A program made the translations under genes and the position numbers. A DNA stretch of 64,000 nucleotides, from assembly GCA_017624275.1 (NCBI GenBank), contig JAGANG010000035.1:1003-65002 (forward strand), written 5' to 3'. This document shows, in pieces, positions 1 through 9,887 of this stretch. Source of the stretch: Spirochaetales bacterium. GTDB taxonomy: Bacteria; Spirochaetota; GWE2-31-10. The notes beneath the pieces are model-generated. The model did no database searches, was not told the origin of the DNA, and worked only from the letters and a program-made list of their open reading frames with translations. Within the stretch, counting starts at the first letter, position 1, and every line of letters begins with the position of its first letter.

Positions 1-68
1 TCAGAAGTTTCAGCAACAGTTTCATTAACAATTTCTTCTGTTGCCAAATCAGCCTCTTTTTCACTCAT
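1..68 (-). CDS. 5' end of a gene that runs off the left edge (MSEKEADLATEEIVNETVAETS...). The product cannot be identified from 22 aa.
   Basis: ATG at 68..66 with an AAGGGG Shine-Dalgarno-like motif ~7 nt upstream on the minus strand. The frame stays open to the window edge. Confidence 0.4.
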   Translation of the reverse strand, partial: MSEKEADLATEEIVNETVAETS

Positions 69-390
69 ATAAAAACCCCTTTTTAAGCCTATATTTTATT
101 TTTTCCAATTATTGTAGGGGAAAATAATAAATATAAATAATAGCGTCAACTTTTTTTATTAATTTAAAGCAAAAAAATTATCATTTTATTCGTAAGCTAA
201 AAATCAAGTTTATTTCGATAATTACTTGATTTAAGCCCTATTAATTAGATTTGCAAAAAGTAATCATAAAATTATGAAAGAAAATTTTATTTCCCGTTTT
301 CTATATCTTTTTACTTTATTGCAATTCAATTATTTACTTTATTTATTTCGCTTAAAAAACAACTAAAAGCCTATCAAGTGATTAGGACAT

Positions 391-417
391 AAAAAAAGCC
401 GTCTTAAAAGACGGCTT
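391..417 (-). terminator. Rho-independent terminator downstream of tRNA-Gly
   Basis: On the minus strand, an 8-bp stem AAGCCGTC/GACGGCTT with a 6-nt loop is followed by a T-run (complement of A391-397). Confidence 0.6.
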
Positions 418-421
418 ATAT

Positions 422-492
422 AGCGGGTGATCAGAATCGAACTGACGTAACAAGCTTGGAAGGCTTGTGTTCTACCATTGAACTACACCCGC
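422..492 (-). tRNA. tRNA-Gly (anticodon UCC), 71 nt, CCA not encoded
   Basis: Manual cloverleaf: acceptor GCGGGTG/CACCCGC, D-arm GTTC-AATGGTA-GAAC, anticodon stem CAAGC/GCTTG with loop CTTCCAA (anticodon TCC), T-arm GTCAG-TTCGATT-CTGAT, discriminator T. Confidence 0.9.
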
Positions 493-528
493 AAGATGTG
501 CCTCTTATACCAAATACTACACTTGCTG

Positions 529-2460
529 TCAATCTTTTTCTTCAAAATTTTTTATTTTTAATACGGCACAAAGTTCATCACCGCCGTCTTTTTCAAAAGA
601 AATATGAACTTCTTTATCACTTTGAGGAACTGAAACTTTTCTTTCTATATAGATTCCCTCTTTTTTATTTTGAAAAACAAAAGAATAACTTCCCGGTAAA
701 CAATAAATTTTTTTATTTTCACCTTTTTTAGGCAAGAAAATATCCTCAACTTCTTGTTCGCCTTGTTTTGTACTCCAAAAATTTTTGTTATCTATCTTAA
801 CATCTAACGAAACTGGCGGAACTTCAAAATATACAACTGTTTTTATCTGTGAAAGTTTTATTTTTAAACTTGAACTGTTTATCCAAAACGGAAAATCCAT
901 TTCATAAGAAAAAGACGGTAAATATTTATCTGCTTCAGCTTTGAACTCATATTTTTTCCCATTATACAACACCGTATCTTCTAAATATTTTTGCCAAATA
1001 CCGTTTTCTTCTTTAAAAAAAATATTTGCAGCTATTTTATTTCCGGTTCTTTCATCACACACAAAAATATCAAAATTTATTGGTTTAGAAGTAAAAGTCG
1101 GAAGTTTTAATAAAAACTCATTTTTTGCAAGTACCTTAAAAGGTTTTACCGTAAATCCCGCTTCAACAACATTATCATAATTTTTCATTCTTACATGATA
1201 TTCTCCCGAACGAAGAATAATGCTTTTCTTTTTTATGTAATTACCTTTTCCATGCAATGTATAATTTTTAGTTTTCCCGTTATGCAAATTTTTCAAAGAA
1301 ATACTTATATCACCGGAATCAAAAAATTTTTCCCCGGTAAACCTTCTGTTTTCTATTTTTATATCTGCAATACCGTATTTACATCCCAAGTTCATACACG
1401 ACAAAAAAAGCGTAGGAGAATAAGTTTTTATTGAAAAAAGTAAAAATAAAAACACACAAACAGCAACAAAACTATTTTTCCCTATTTCAAAAAATATAAA
1501 CAAATCCGGATAGCGATACAATGCAAGCCGTTCAAAAAGTCCGCTTGTTACACCTACACCGTCTTCTGAAAATTTAATTTCACTGTCATCACCGTTTACA
1601 ATCAGAGCCAAATCTTTTCTGATTACACTCAAATCTTTAAAACGAAATGAAATAAATTTCGTCAGAATGTGAATAATTTCATCTGCAGTTTTATATCGTT
1701 TACGAGAATCATGATGCATCATTTTGCGAATGATAGAAATTAATTTAAAAGGAACATGTTTATTGTATTTTCTGATACCTAAATATTTTCCCTTCATAAT
1801 TTTCTTTATATTATCATTAGTAAATTCATTAGAAAAAGGACGCTTTGCTGTAAGCATTTCATAAAACAAAACTCCGAGAGAATAAAGATCAGAACAACTG
1901 TCAGCGTCTTTTGATGATTTTATTTGTTGCGGTGACATATACGCCGGAGTTCCCAAAATTGTCCCTTGCTTCGTCACATTTTCCGATTCATGGCTTTCCG
2001 GACGAAATGCAATTCCAAAATCTGTTAATTTTATTTCCCCTGTAGCTGAAAGTAAAACATTACCCGGCTTTATATCACGGTGAATTACTCCTTCACTATG
2101 TGCATATTTCAGTCCCTCGGCAATTTTTAAAATTATATATGCAGCAAGATATACGGGAATTTGTTTATATCTATGAATCAATTCCGACAAACTGTATCCA
2201 TCAATATATTCCATTATAATATACGGAGAACCGCCTTCATGAAAATAATCATACATATGCACAATATTCGGATGCGAAATATCCATCATAATAGAAGCTT
2301 CTCGTTTAAATCGTTCATAAAAACCGGCAGGTGCATTAGGCGAAAGTTTTTTCAGAATAACCTCTTTTCCCAAACCTTGATGAATCCCTTTGTAAACTTC
2401 CCCCATTCCGCCTTTTGCAATTTTTCCGAGAACCGAATAACCTTTAATCTCTATTCCCAT
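529..2460 (-). CDS. Membrane-anchored Hanks-type Ser/Thr protein kinase with a beta-rich extracytoplasmic C-terminal region
   Basis: 643 aa. Kinase motifs GKIAKGGMGEVYKG, VILKKL, HRDIKPGNVLL, DFGIA and GTPAYMSPQQ. One TM segment (FVAVCVFLFLLFSI) is followed by ~300 aa. GAGAGG RBS ~7 nt before the ATG. Confidence 0.85.
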   Translation of the reverse strand: MGIEIKGYSVLGKIAKGGMGEVYKGIHQGLGKEVILKKLSPNAPAGFYERFKREASIMMDISHPNIVHMYDYFHEGGSPYIIMEYIDGYSLSELIHRYKQIPVYLAAYIILKIAEGLKYAHSEGVIHRDIKPGNVLLSATGEIKLTDFGIAFRPESHESENVTKQGTILGTPAYMSPQQIKSSKDADSCSDLYSLGVLFYEMLTAKRPFSNEFTNDNIKKIMKGKYLGIRKYNKHVPFKLISIIRKMMHHDSRKRYKTADEIIHILTKFISFRFKDLSVIRKDLALIVNGDDSEIKFSEDGVGVTSGLFERLALYRYPDLFIFFEIGKNSFVAVCVFLFLLFSIKTYSPTLFLSCMNLGCKYGIADIKIENRRFTGEKFFDSGDISISLKNLHNGKTKNYTLHGKGNYIKKKSIILRSGEYHVRMKNYDNVVEAGFTVKPFKVLAKNEFLLKLPTFTSKPINFDIFVCDERTGNKIAANIFFKEENGIWQKYLEDTVLYNGKKYEFKAEADKYLPSFSYEMDFPFWINSSSLKIKLSQIKTVVYFEVPPVSLDVKIDNKNFWSTKQGEQEVEDIFLPKKGENKKIYCLPGSYSFVFQNKKEGIYIERKVSVPQSDKEVHISFEKDGGDELCAVLKIKNFEEKD

Positions 2461-2478
2461 AACTAGCCTCTCACTTTA

Positions 2479-3579
2479 TCAATTATCAATACACAACGTA
2501 CTGTCCGGAGATGTTTCCTCAAAAAATAAAGGAACTTCACAAACTGATTCATCTAAAACAATCTCCGGATGACTTTCTGCATCTTCAAAAAAAGCAATTC
2601 GCATTAAAGGATTATGAATCTGTACATAACGATCATCATTAATTCTGTTATAAAGCCCACGAATTGGACGATGACCGCCGAAATAATAATCACCGGCAGA
2701 TTTTCTTCCCAAAAACTCATTCAAAAACCATTCAGCCGTACCTTCATCTGCTTTAAAATTTTCTGTCCATGTAAACGCATCAATCAACATTCCGTCTTCA
2801 TGATAATTAATTATTTCCTCTTTAGTATAACGACTCGCCGGTTCAGAATGACTTGCTATAAAGTTCTTACCGATTGCAAAAATAGGCAACAATTTTTCAA
2901 ATGCAGCATATTTTTCTAAAACTTTTTTTCCGTAATTATTCAAAAAATATTCATAAATCATCGCACCTTCATTGGCGTATTTGGCAAAAGGATAATTTCC
3001 GTTACCGAATTCATTTAAAATATTTTCATGATTACCTTTCAGAAAATGAAATTTACTTGGATAACGAATTTTTAAAAGCATTACAGCAAGCATTAAATGA
3101 AAAGAATCAGCTATTTCTTCATCTATAGCTTCATGTTTTTTATAACGCCCGAAATATTCCTCTTCTGCTTTTCGCCACCTGTCCACCGTAGAAACTTCAC
3201 TGTGAACGCCGTCGCCCAAGCACAAAAGTACAAAATTTTCATTATCCATCAATTCTAAAACATTACGCTCATCAAAAGGTTTCCACATTAATACTGAATA
3301 TAGAAAATCTCTTCTTGCGTGAAGATCCGGTAAAATAATCACATAACGTTTATCAGATAAATCAACCAACCCACCGGGATTACCGTTTTTGTCCGACGGT
3401 CTGATTTTTTCATTCTCACTCATAAGAACTTCATTAACTTTTCCTACGATTTGCATCAACATTTGTGCTGACGGCGGAATACTTGCAGTGAAAAAAGTTT
3501 CAAGTATTTCAAGCATTTCCTGCGGTGATGCTTTCGATATAAATTGAAAAGTTACATTCCATTGATTATTCATTTTCAT
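2479..3579 (-). CDS. Calcineurin-like (PPP-superfamily) metallophosphoesterase, a possible protein phosphatase partner of the adjacent kinase
   Basis: Ordered motifs LPDLHAR, LGDGVH and KGNHEN. The start is ambiguous (TTG 3597, ATG 3579 or ATG 3573). The stop lies 18 nt before the kinase start. Confidence 0.65.
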   Translation of the reverse strand: MKMNNQWNVTFQFISKASPQEMLEILETFFTASIPPSAQMLMQIVGKVNEVLMSENEKIRPSDKNGNPGGLVDLSDKRYVIILPDLHARRDFLYSVLMWKPFDERNVLELMDNENFVLLCLGDGVHSEVSTVDRWRKAEEEYFGRYKKHEAIDEEIADSFHLMLAVMLLKIRYPSKFHFLKGNHENILNEFGNGNYPFAKYANEGAMIYEYFLNNYGKKVLEKYAAFEKLLPIFAIGKNFIASHSEPASRYTKEEIINYHEDGMLIDAFTWTENFKADEGTAEWFLNEFLGRKSAGDYYFGGHRPIRGLYNRINDDRYVQIHNPLMRIAFFEDAESHPEIVLDESVCEVPLFFEETSPDSTLCIDN

Positions 3580-3608
3580 TCCTTGATAACTAAGCAAAAT
3601 GTTTAAAA

Positions 3609-6065
3609 TTAATCTAAATAAAACAAATCATTCTTTTGTAAATCTTTGTACATTTTTTCTTTTATAACAGCCAAAAATTCCACATTCGGAAATATTTCTG
3701 ATATTAAAACTCTGATTTTAGGCGACGCATTCAACTGTCGAACAAAAAATTTTACTCCTTTATCCACATTTTCCAAAGAAATAAAACTTTTCAAATCGTA
3801 CTCGCCTCGTTCATCAGTAAAAATAATTTTCTCTTGCTGGTTAAATCTGTTTACATCATCATTTACTTGGTTTGCAAAACTTACATCATAAGGCAACAAA
3901 TACTCCGTCATTGCCAAATTATTAAATATCGAGACTTTTTTTGTATTTACACATTTGCGAATACGAGTAATTTTCAAATCTGCATGACTTTTTCTGTTCA
4001 ATTGAGAAGTTGAAATCATTCTTAACCGAGCCTCTAGTTCTTCAACCGAATATTCTTCTGCCGTAAAAAATTCCAGAATTTCACATTTAGATTCAATTCC
4101 CAAAGACAACGCACTTGAAAATTGAAAACGCGGATGCGGATTAAAACCTTCAGACATTAATAAATTAATATTACCGATACGAAATAAAGTCTCAAAGTGA
4201 CGCATCAAATCTTTATGAGATAAAAATCGAGACAACCCGCTTTTTGTAAACTCCAAAAAGTATCTGAATCGCTCATTTGTATTACCTGTTGATTCGACTT
4301 TCACCTCTTCACTTTTGTAATCATCAATCGCTTTTCTTTTTGAAATTCCGTTACCGCAAATCTTACAATCTTCATCGCATCCTTGATTACAAAGTTTGGA
4401 CTCTTCATGACGCAATGACAAATCCCGTTCTTTCTTCAAGAATTTATCAGACGGCAAGCAATCTATCATTTTCCAAATATGACTTCTTCCGCCGTTCATA
4501 TAATCTTCAGGTTTTATTCCGGCTTCATTAAAAACATCAAGATAACGTTGAAAATCAAATTTTTCATTCCATCCGTCAAATCTGGCTCCTCGTAAAAAAG
4601 CCTCGTATACAGCCAAACCAACTTTTTCATCACCACGACTGATAAAACCTTCTATATACGAAATTTCCGGTTCATGAGCTTTTACCATTACACGAGTTTT
4701 TCTGTAATAATCACGTAATGCTTGAATTCTCACTACGGCTTCTTCATAAGGTAATTGCGGAACATCCTGATAAGGCGTATGCGGTTTTGGTACAAAAGTC
4801 GCCACATTTAAATTTATTTTTAATTTCCTATAACGCTCTAAAACTGCATCTACAAATTTCTTTATATTCTCAACATCATTTCCTTCGTCCGGAAGTCCTA
4901 TCATAAAATAGAATTTTACTAATCTCCATCCTTTAGCTATTGCCGCATCGAGAATCTGATAAATCTTTTCCAAATCAACACGTTTATTTAATGAAAATTG
5001 TCCTTCATGACTTCCCGATTCTATCGCAAAAGTAAGTCCGCTTTTTCGCACTTCGGAAAGTTTATCAAGAATACCTATATCAAAAGATTCAACCTTCAAC
5101 GAAGGTAACGCAACAGAAATTTTTTTAGATTTATATTTTTCATTAAAATAAGTAGTAAGGGGCAAAATTTGAGAATAGTCGCCACTTGAAAGACTCGTAA
5201 AAGTAACTTCATTTACGCCGGACAACATCAATCCTTTTTCCACCGATTTCATGATAACGGAAGTATTTTTTTCTCTGTACGGTTTATAAATCACGCCGGC
5301 TTGGCAAAAACGACACTTATTCGGACAACCACGCATAATTTCAATATTCAATTTATTCTGTACAATATCAATATTAGGAATAATAACAGAATCCGGGCTG
5401 GTATCATTTTCAAATCCCATGTAAATCTGACGCTTTACCGGTTCCGTTGTAAAATCCGGAGAGTAAATCCCGTCAATCTTAGCCAATTCCTGCAAGATTT
5501 CTCGGCGTGAAAGTTTCTTTTGTTTTAGTTCACGAAGTTTTGTCATCAAATTTACCAAAACTTCTTCACCTTCACCTACACACGACAAATCTATAAAAGG
5601 ATTGTACGGAACCGGATTTACTGATGCCGGTCCGCCGATAATAACAATCGGATCATTTTCCGTACGTTCTTCACGTTTTAACGGAACTTTACCGGATTGC
5701 AATAATGCCAAAAAATTAGAAAATAAAAGTTCGTATTGAATACTCACGCCTATTACATCAAATTCATTCAGCGGAGTTTTTGTTTCCAAAGAAAACAGCG
5801 GTAAATCTAATTTTTTTAATAATTCCTCAAAATCCGTCCATGCAGAAAAAACTCTTTCACACGAAGCAAACGGCAATTTATTAATTACATCATATAAAAT
5901 TTTTATTCCGTAATTAGACATTCCTACTTCATAAACATCCGGATATGAAATAACCATTCGTACTTCACTGGACTTAAAATCTTTATCAGGAATTCCGGCT
6001 TCATTTCCGATATAGCGTCCCGGCTTTTCAATTTCCATCAAATATTTTTCAATCTGCTTGAACAT
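3609..6065 (-). CDS. Radical SAM protein with a B12-binding-like N-terminus, fused to a DUF2344-like C-terminal module (TIGR03960/TIGR03936-type architecture)
   Basis: 818 aa. CxxxCxxC cluster motif in MRGCPNKCRFCQAG. The C-terminal ~230 aa (RFRYFLEFTKSGLSRFLSHKDLMRHFETLFR...) resembles the DUF2344 partner domain. Family assignment is by eye. Confidence 0.6.
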   Translation of the reverse strand: MFKQIEKYLMEIEKPGRYIGNEAGIPDKDFKSSEVRMVISYPDVYEVGMSNYGIKILYDVINKLPFASCERVFSAWTDFEELLKKLDLPLFSLETKTPLNEFDVIGVSIQYELLFSNFLALLQSGKVPLKREERTENDPIVIIGGPASVNPVPYNPFIDLSCVGEGEEVLVNLMTKLRELKQKKLSRREILQELAKIDGIYSPDFTTEPVKRQIYMGFENDTSPDSVIIPNIDIVQNKLNIEIMRGCPNKCRFCQAGVIYKPYREKNTSVIMKSVEKGLMLSGVNEVTFTSLSSGDYSQILPLTTYFNEKYKSKKISVALPSLKVESFDIGILDKLSEVRKSGLTFAIESGSHEGQFSLNKRVDLEKIYQILDAAIAKGWRLVKFYFMIGLPDEGNDVENIKKFVDAVLERYRKLKINLNVATFVPKPHTPYQDVPQLPYEEAVVRIQALRDYYRKTRVMVKAHEPEISYIEGFISRGDEKVGLAVYEAFLRGARFDGWNEKFDFQRYLDVFNEAGIKPEDYMNGGRSHIWKMIDCLPSDKFLKKERDLSLRHEESKLCNQGCDEDCKICGNGISKRKAIDDYKSEEVKVESTGNTNERFRYFLEFTKSGLSRFLSHKDLMRHFETLFRIGNINLLMSEGFNPHPRFQFSSALSLGIESKCEILEFFTAEEYSVEELEARLRMISTSQLNRKSHADLKITRIRKCVNTKKVSIFNNLAMTEYLLPYDVSFANQVNDDVNRFNQQEKIIFTDERGEYDLKSFISLENVDKGVKFFVRQLNASPKIRVLISEIFPNVEFLAVIKEKMYKDLQKNDLFYLD

Positions 6066-6172
6066 TCTCTCTCCTCTTTTTCTTTTAAAAAAAACATTAC
6101 CATATTAAAGAAAAATCTTACCATGAACAAAATTATCCACAGTAAGATTTCACGGTAAAAAAATTCTCCCTA

Positions 6173-7501
6173 TTAATAAGGGGAAATTCTATTTAATTTT
6201 ATATTCATCATCAATCCCGTAGAAAGATAACATGCAATCAAGAATGACCCTCCGTACGAAATAAACGGTAAAGGTATCCCGGTAATCGGCATTATCCCCA
6301 TCGCCATTCCCATATTTTCAAGAATATGGAACAATATCATACACAACAAACCTACACACACATAAGTAGACCACAAATCTTTTGCCTTATACGCAATCGA
6401 AAATCCCCGAAAGAAATAGAGTCCATACAAAAATAACAATAATAAACTTCCGATATAACCGGCTTCTTCTGCAATTACAGGGAAAATAAAATCGGTTGCT
6501 TGTTCCGGCAAAAATTTATTTTGCGTCATTTCACCTTGTTGCCAACCTTTTCCGGAAACACCGCCGTTTCCGATAGCTGTCATTGATTGAATAATGTTGT
6601 ATCCAGTATTCAATGGGTCTGCATGCGGATTAAAAAATATCAAAAGTCTGTCTTTTTGATATTGCTTTAAAAATTTATTTGCCGGGTAAGAAAACATTAA
6701 TCCGACAAATATAAAGGAAGTAAAAAATACATACCAATAAAATACCGGTTTAAAATTAACGGAAATCCCTTTGATAACGTCAAAATAAGCCAAAACACAA
6801 AGTGTAATTGTAACCACAAAAAACAATGCGATTATAATTATGTATTTATAATTCATAATAAGATAAACAATTTCACTTTCATTATTAAAAAACAGACTAT
6901 TCAATGTTGTTACCAAAGGCACAAAAGAAACGGCAACAAACAAACCGAATGTGTACAACAAATAACGCACTTTTACACCGGCTACAAAAGATATTCCAAA
7001 GAAAATCGGAATAAACACAAGAGCCGATCCTAAATCCGGTTGAATAATTACGGCTCCCACAGCTACCAATGCAATCAAACCGGCTTTACAATAGACTTTC
7101 AAACTTTGTACTTCATTTTGATGTGCTGCATAAAATTTCGACAAAAACAACACCGTTGCTATCTTCAGAAAATCGCTGAATTGAATAGAAAAACCCATTA
7201 TGGTAAAACGTCGCTGCCCTTTTACACTGGGAAAAAGAAGCGTAAGCATTAAACCTATCAAACATACTACGTAAAAGTAAAATGTAAATGAGGAAATCTG
7301 ACTAGGTTTTAGAAATAAGATTCCAAAAAACATTAATATGCAAATTATTGCAAACAAAATCTGCTTTAAATACTCTGTTCGCAAATATGCCTGTTTATTT
7401 AAATTAGCAGAATATATAAACATTATTCCAAATATTGTTAATCCGATTGCTGTAAAAAACATTAAATAATCAAAATTACGAAACAGCCTTTTCCAATCCA
7501 A
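6173..7501 (-). CDS. rodA: Rod shape-determining SEDS glycosyltransferase RodA (FtsW/RodA/SpoVE family)
   Basis: 442 aa, polytopic. Family-typical stretches IQPDLGSALV, FSIQFSDFLKIA and GIPLPFISYGGS. TTG start with a GGAGG RBS 6 nt upstream. Follows mrdA. Confidence 0.85.
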   Translation of the reverse strand: MDWKRLFRNFDYLMFFTAIGLTIFGIMFIYSANLNKQAYLRTEYLKQILFAIICILMFFGILFLKPSQISSFTFYFYVVCLIGLMLTLLFPSVKGQRRFTIMGFSIQFSDFLKIATVLFLSKFYAAHQNEVQSLKVYCKAGLIALVAVGAVIIQPDLGSALVFIPIFFGISFVAGVKVRYLLYTFGLFVAVSFVPLVTTLNSLFFNNESEIVYLIMNYKYIIIIALFFVVTITLCVLAYFDVIKGISVNFKPVFYWYVFFTSFIFVGLMFSYPANKFLKQYQKDRLLIFFNPHADPLNTGYNIIQSMTAIGNGGVSGKGWQQGEMTQNKFLPEQATDFIFPVIAEEAGYIGSLLLLFLYGLYFFRGFSIAYKAKDLWSTYVCVGLLCMILFHILENMGMAMGIMPITGIPLPFISYGGSFLIACYLSTGLMMNIKLNRISPY

Positions 7502-7513
7502 AATCAGCCTCCA

Positions 7514-9382
7514 TTAATTATTGTAAGAATCACGTATCGGATACCAAAGTTTTTTAGCCGTTGTATGGAAATCTTCTTTATAAAACCAAGAATTCACTAC
7601 CATCGCAGCAACATTTCCCGCATATTTAAGTGGATGTCCGTTTTCATACTCTATTAAAACTACTACTACAATCTGTTCACTTGCAGGGAAATTAATTGGA
7701 CCGAAACCGGTAAATAATGAGTGAGTTTGTTTTTTTGCTCCAAAACCTACTTCCGCAGTTCCTGTTTTACCCACAAATTCAAGAGGTACTCTTGCAAAAG
7801 CTTTAGCCGCCGTTCCGGTTTTTACTACTTCACGCATTGAATACGTCAAAAACTGAAATGTACTTTTTGAATACGGCACTTGAGTCAAAAGTTCCGGCAC
7901 AATTTTTTGTTTTACCTCGCCGGTTTGACCGTCTACAATTTCTTTTACAATGTGCGGACGATAAGATTTCCCTTGATTAGCAATAACGCTGATATAATCT
8001 GCTAATTGTACAAGAGTAGTTTTTACTTCACCTTGTCCGATACTACTGATTAATGTCAAACCGCCATACCAATTTACACCTTGCTTTGCTGCGGCTTCTA
8101 TCGACGGAATAAAACCATTTTTTTCAAAAGGAATATCAATACCCGTTCCACGTCCCAAACCAAAAGACATTGAGTATCTGGTAAGCTTTTCTATACCAAA
8201 CATCATACTTGTATTATAAAAATAAATATCGCATGAATTAGTAAGAGCTTCGTGTAAATCTTGCCATGCATGAAAATTCCAACAACCGAATCTTTCATTT
8301 CCCAATCTAAAAGCTCTGTTACAATAGAAAGTTTTAGATATAGGAACTGTGTCCTCTTCCAACACTATTGCCGCCGGAACCATTTTAAATGTAGATCCCG
8401 GAGGATATTCTGATTGAAGCGTTCTGTTAATAAGCGGAGTCCCTTGAGTATCAAGAGCTAATTCTTTTTTCTTATTGTTATTTTCCTCAGTCTGTAAAAT
8501 ATAAATATTTGGATCAAAATTCGGGAAACTCGCCATTGCCAAAAGCTCGCCGGTAGTCGGACGCAAAACAACTACACCGCCTTTTCTGTCGGCAAGAATA
8601 TCCTCAACGTTTTACTGAAATTCCATGTCAATAGTAAGAACCAAATCATCACCGGGTACCGGCGGCTTACTTCTGGCAACATTTTCTTTATTAACATTCA
8701 TCTTTGCGTCTATTTCATAAGCAATAAAACCTTCTTCTCCACGCAAAACATCTTCATAACTAAGTTCTATTCCGGTTTTACCGACCCAATCCTGAGCCTT
8801 ATAACCTTTTTCTTTCAATTTAGAAAATTCATCATAATCAATATGACCGATATATCCTATAGCATGACTCAATCGTTTTTTTTCCGGATAATTTCTAATC
8901 AGCAATTCTGGCATTTCGATACCGGGCAATTTATCTAAATTCTCACTGATTTTCACAAAATCATTGAATGAAATATTTTCTGCTACAGTGAGCTTTTCTC
9001 GCTTCTTAGCAACTTTTTGCAATAATTTTTCCAATTCCGGATAATCAATACCGATAACTTTGCTGACGTAAAGAAGTTCTTGTTGTCGCAAAAAATTATC
9101 TTTGCTTAACAACTTTGGGTCTATAACAAGATTATAAGATTTTACGTTATTTGCTAAAACTTTGCCGTCCGATGAAAAAATTCGCCCTCGAATAGGAGGA
9201 AATCTGGTTATTGATTCTCGTGTTCTTTTAGAACGCTCACTATAATTACGATTTTTAAAAACTTGAATATAAGTCACACGAAACATTAATGTAGATAATA
9301 TTGCAAATGCTAATGCTCCTATTATCAATACACGTAAACTTAATTCTTTTTCTAAATTATTGTCTGATGAATTATGCATCAT
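7514..9382 (-). pseudogene. mrdA: Penicillin-binding protein 2 (elongasome transpeptidase MrdA) interrupted by one in-frame TAA at 8614..8612
   Basis: The N-terminal ORF (8612..9382) carries the TM segment and dimerisation domain. The C-terminal ORF (7514..8566) carries STFK, SCD and KTGTA. Both are in the same frame, and 15 sense codons (NVEDILADRKGGVVV) bridge the stop to the second ORF. Confidence 0.8.
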
Positions 9383-9887
9383 GTTTCTTCACGCTATTAA
9401 TAAATTGATAAATTGAACGAAAAATCGTAAACAATATCAACGACACTGCTAATGTATAAACATATTTATAAACAAGCGATATATTAAAATAACCTTGCAT
9501 TTCTTCCGGTGATAAAAATAAACATCCGAATCCTAAATATAAAATTATATAGATTCCAAAAAAGCCTGTTATTGATAATATCGATGCCAAAATAGATTCT
9601 GCATTAAAAAGACGATGGGGAGCTGTTGCAGCATAACCTATCAAAAGATAAATTCCTGCATTAAATCCCAACGGCGTAGAACCAGACATAAAGTCCATAG
9701 CTAATCCACCAAAAAAGCCTAAAAATATAGAATGCAATCCCTCACCTTCAAATAAAGCTACCAAAGTAACAAAAACGAGCAATATATCAGGACGTACTCC
9801 ATAAACAGTTATATTTATATGTCTGACATACAAAAGTATAACCATAAAAAGAATCAAAAATAAATCAACAAAAAACTTTTTTATCAA
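9372..9887 (-). CDS. mreD: Rod shape-determining protein MreD
   Basis: 171-aa multi-TM hydrophobic protein located between mreC and mrdA. Its TTG start overlaps the mreC stop (TTGA). Confidence 0.7.
   Translation of the reverse strand: MIKKFFVDLFLILFMVILLYVRHINITVYGVRPDILLVFVTLVALFEGEGLHSIFLGFFGGLAMDFMSGSTPLGFNAGIYLLIGYAATAPHRLFNAESILASILSITGFFGIYIILYLGFGCLFLSPEEMQGYFNISLVYKYVYTLAVSLILFTIFRSIYQFINSVKKHDA

Noticed and set aside
69-421. I considered whether tRNA-Gly is an integration site for a genomic island, and whether the 29-codon ORF at 274-363 is real.
   Set aside because: There is no integrase, no direct repeat of the tRNA 3' end and no foreign-looking genes nearby. The mini-ORF has no RBS.
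456-731. A 91-aa plus-strand ORF overlaps tRNA-Gly and the end of the kinase gene.
   Set aside because: It starts inside the tRNA sequence, runs antisense to the kinase, has no RBS and has an implausible composition.
7514-9382. I considered whether an alternative genetic code or TAA reassignment explains the internal stop in mrdA.
   Set aside because: TAA terminates other well-conserved genes at the expected length (for example rodA and pth), and no other conserved gene in the window has an internal TAA.
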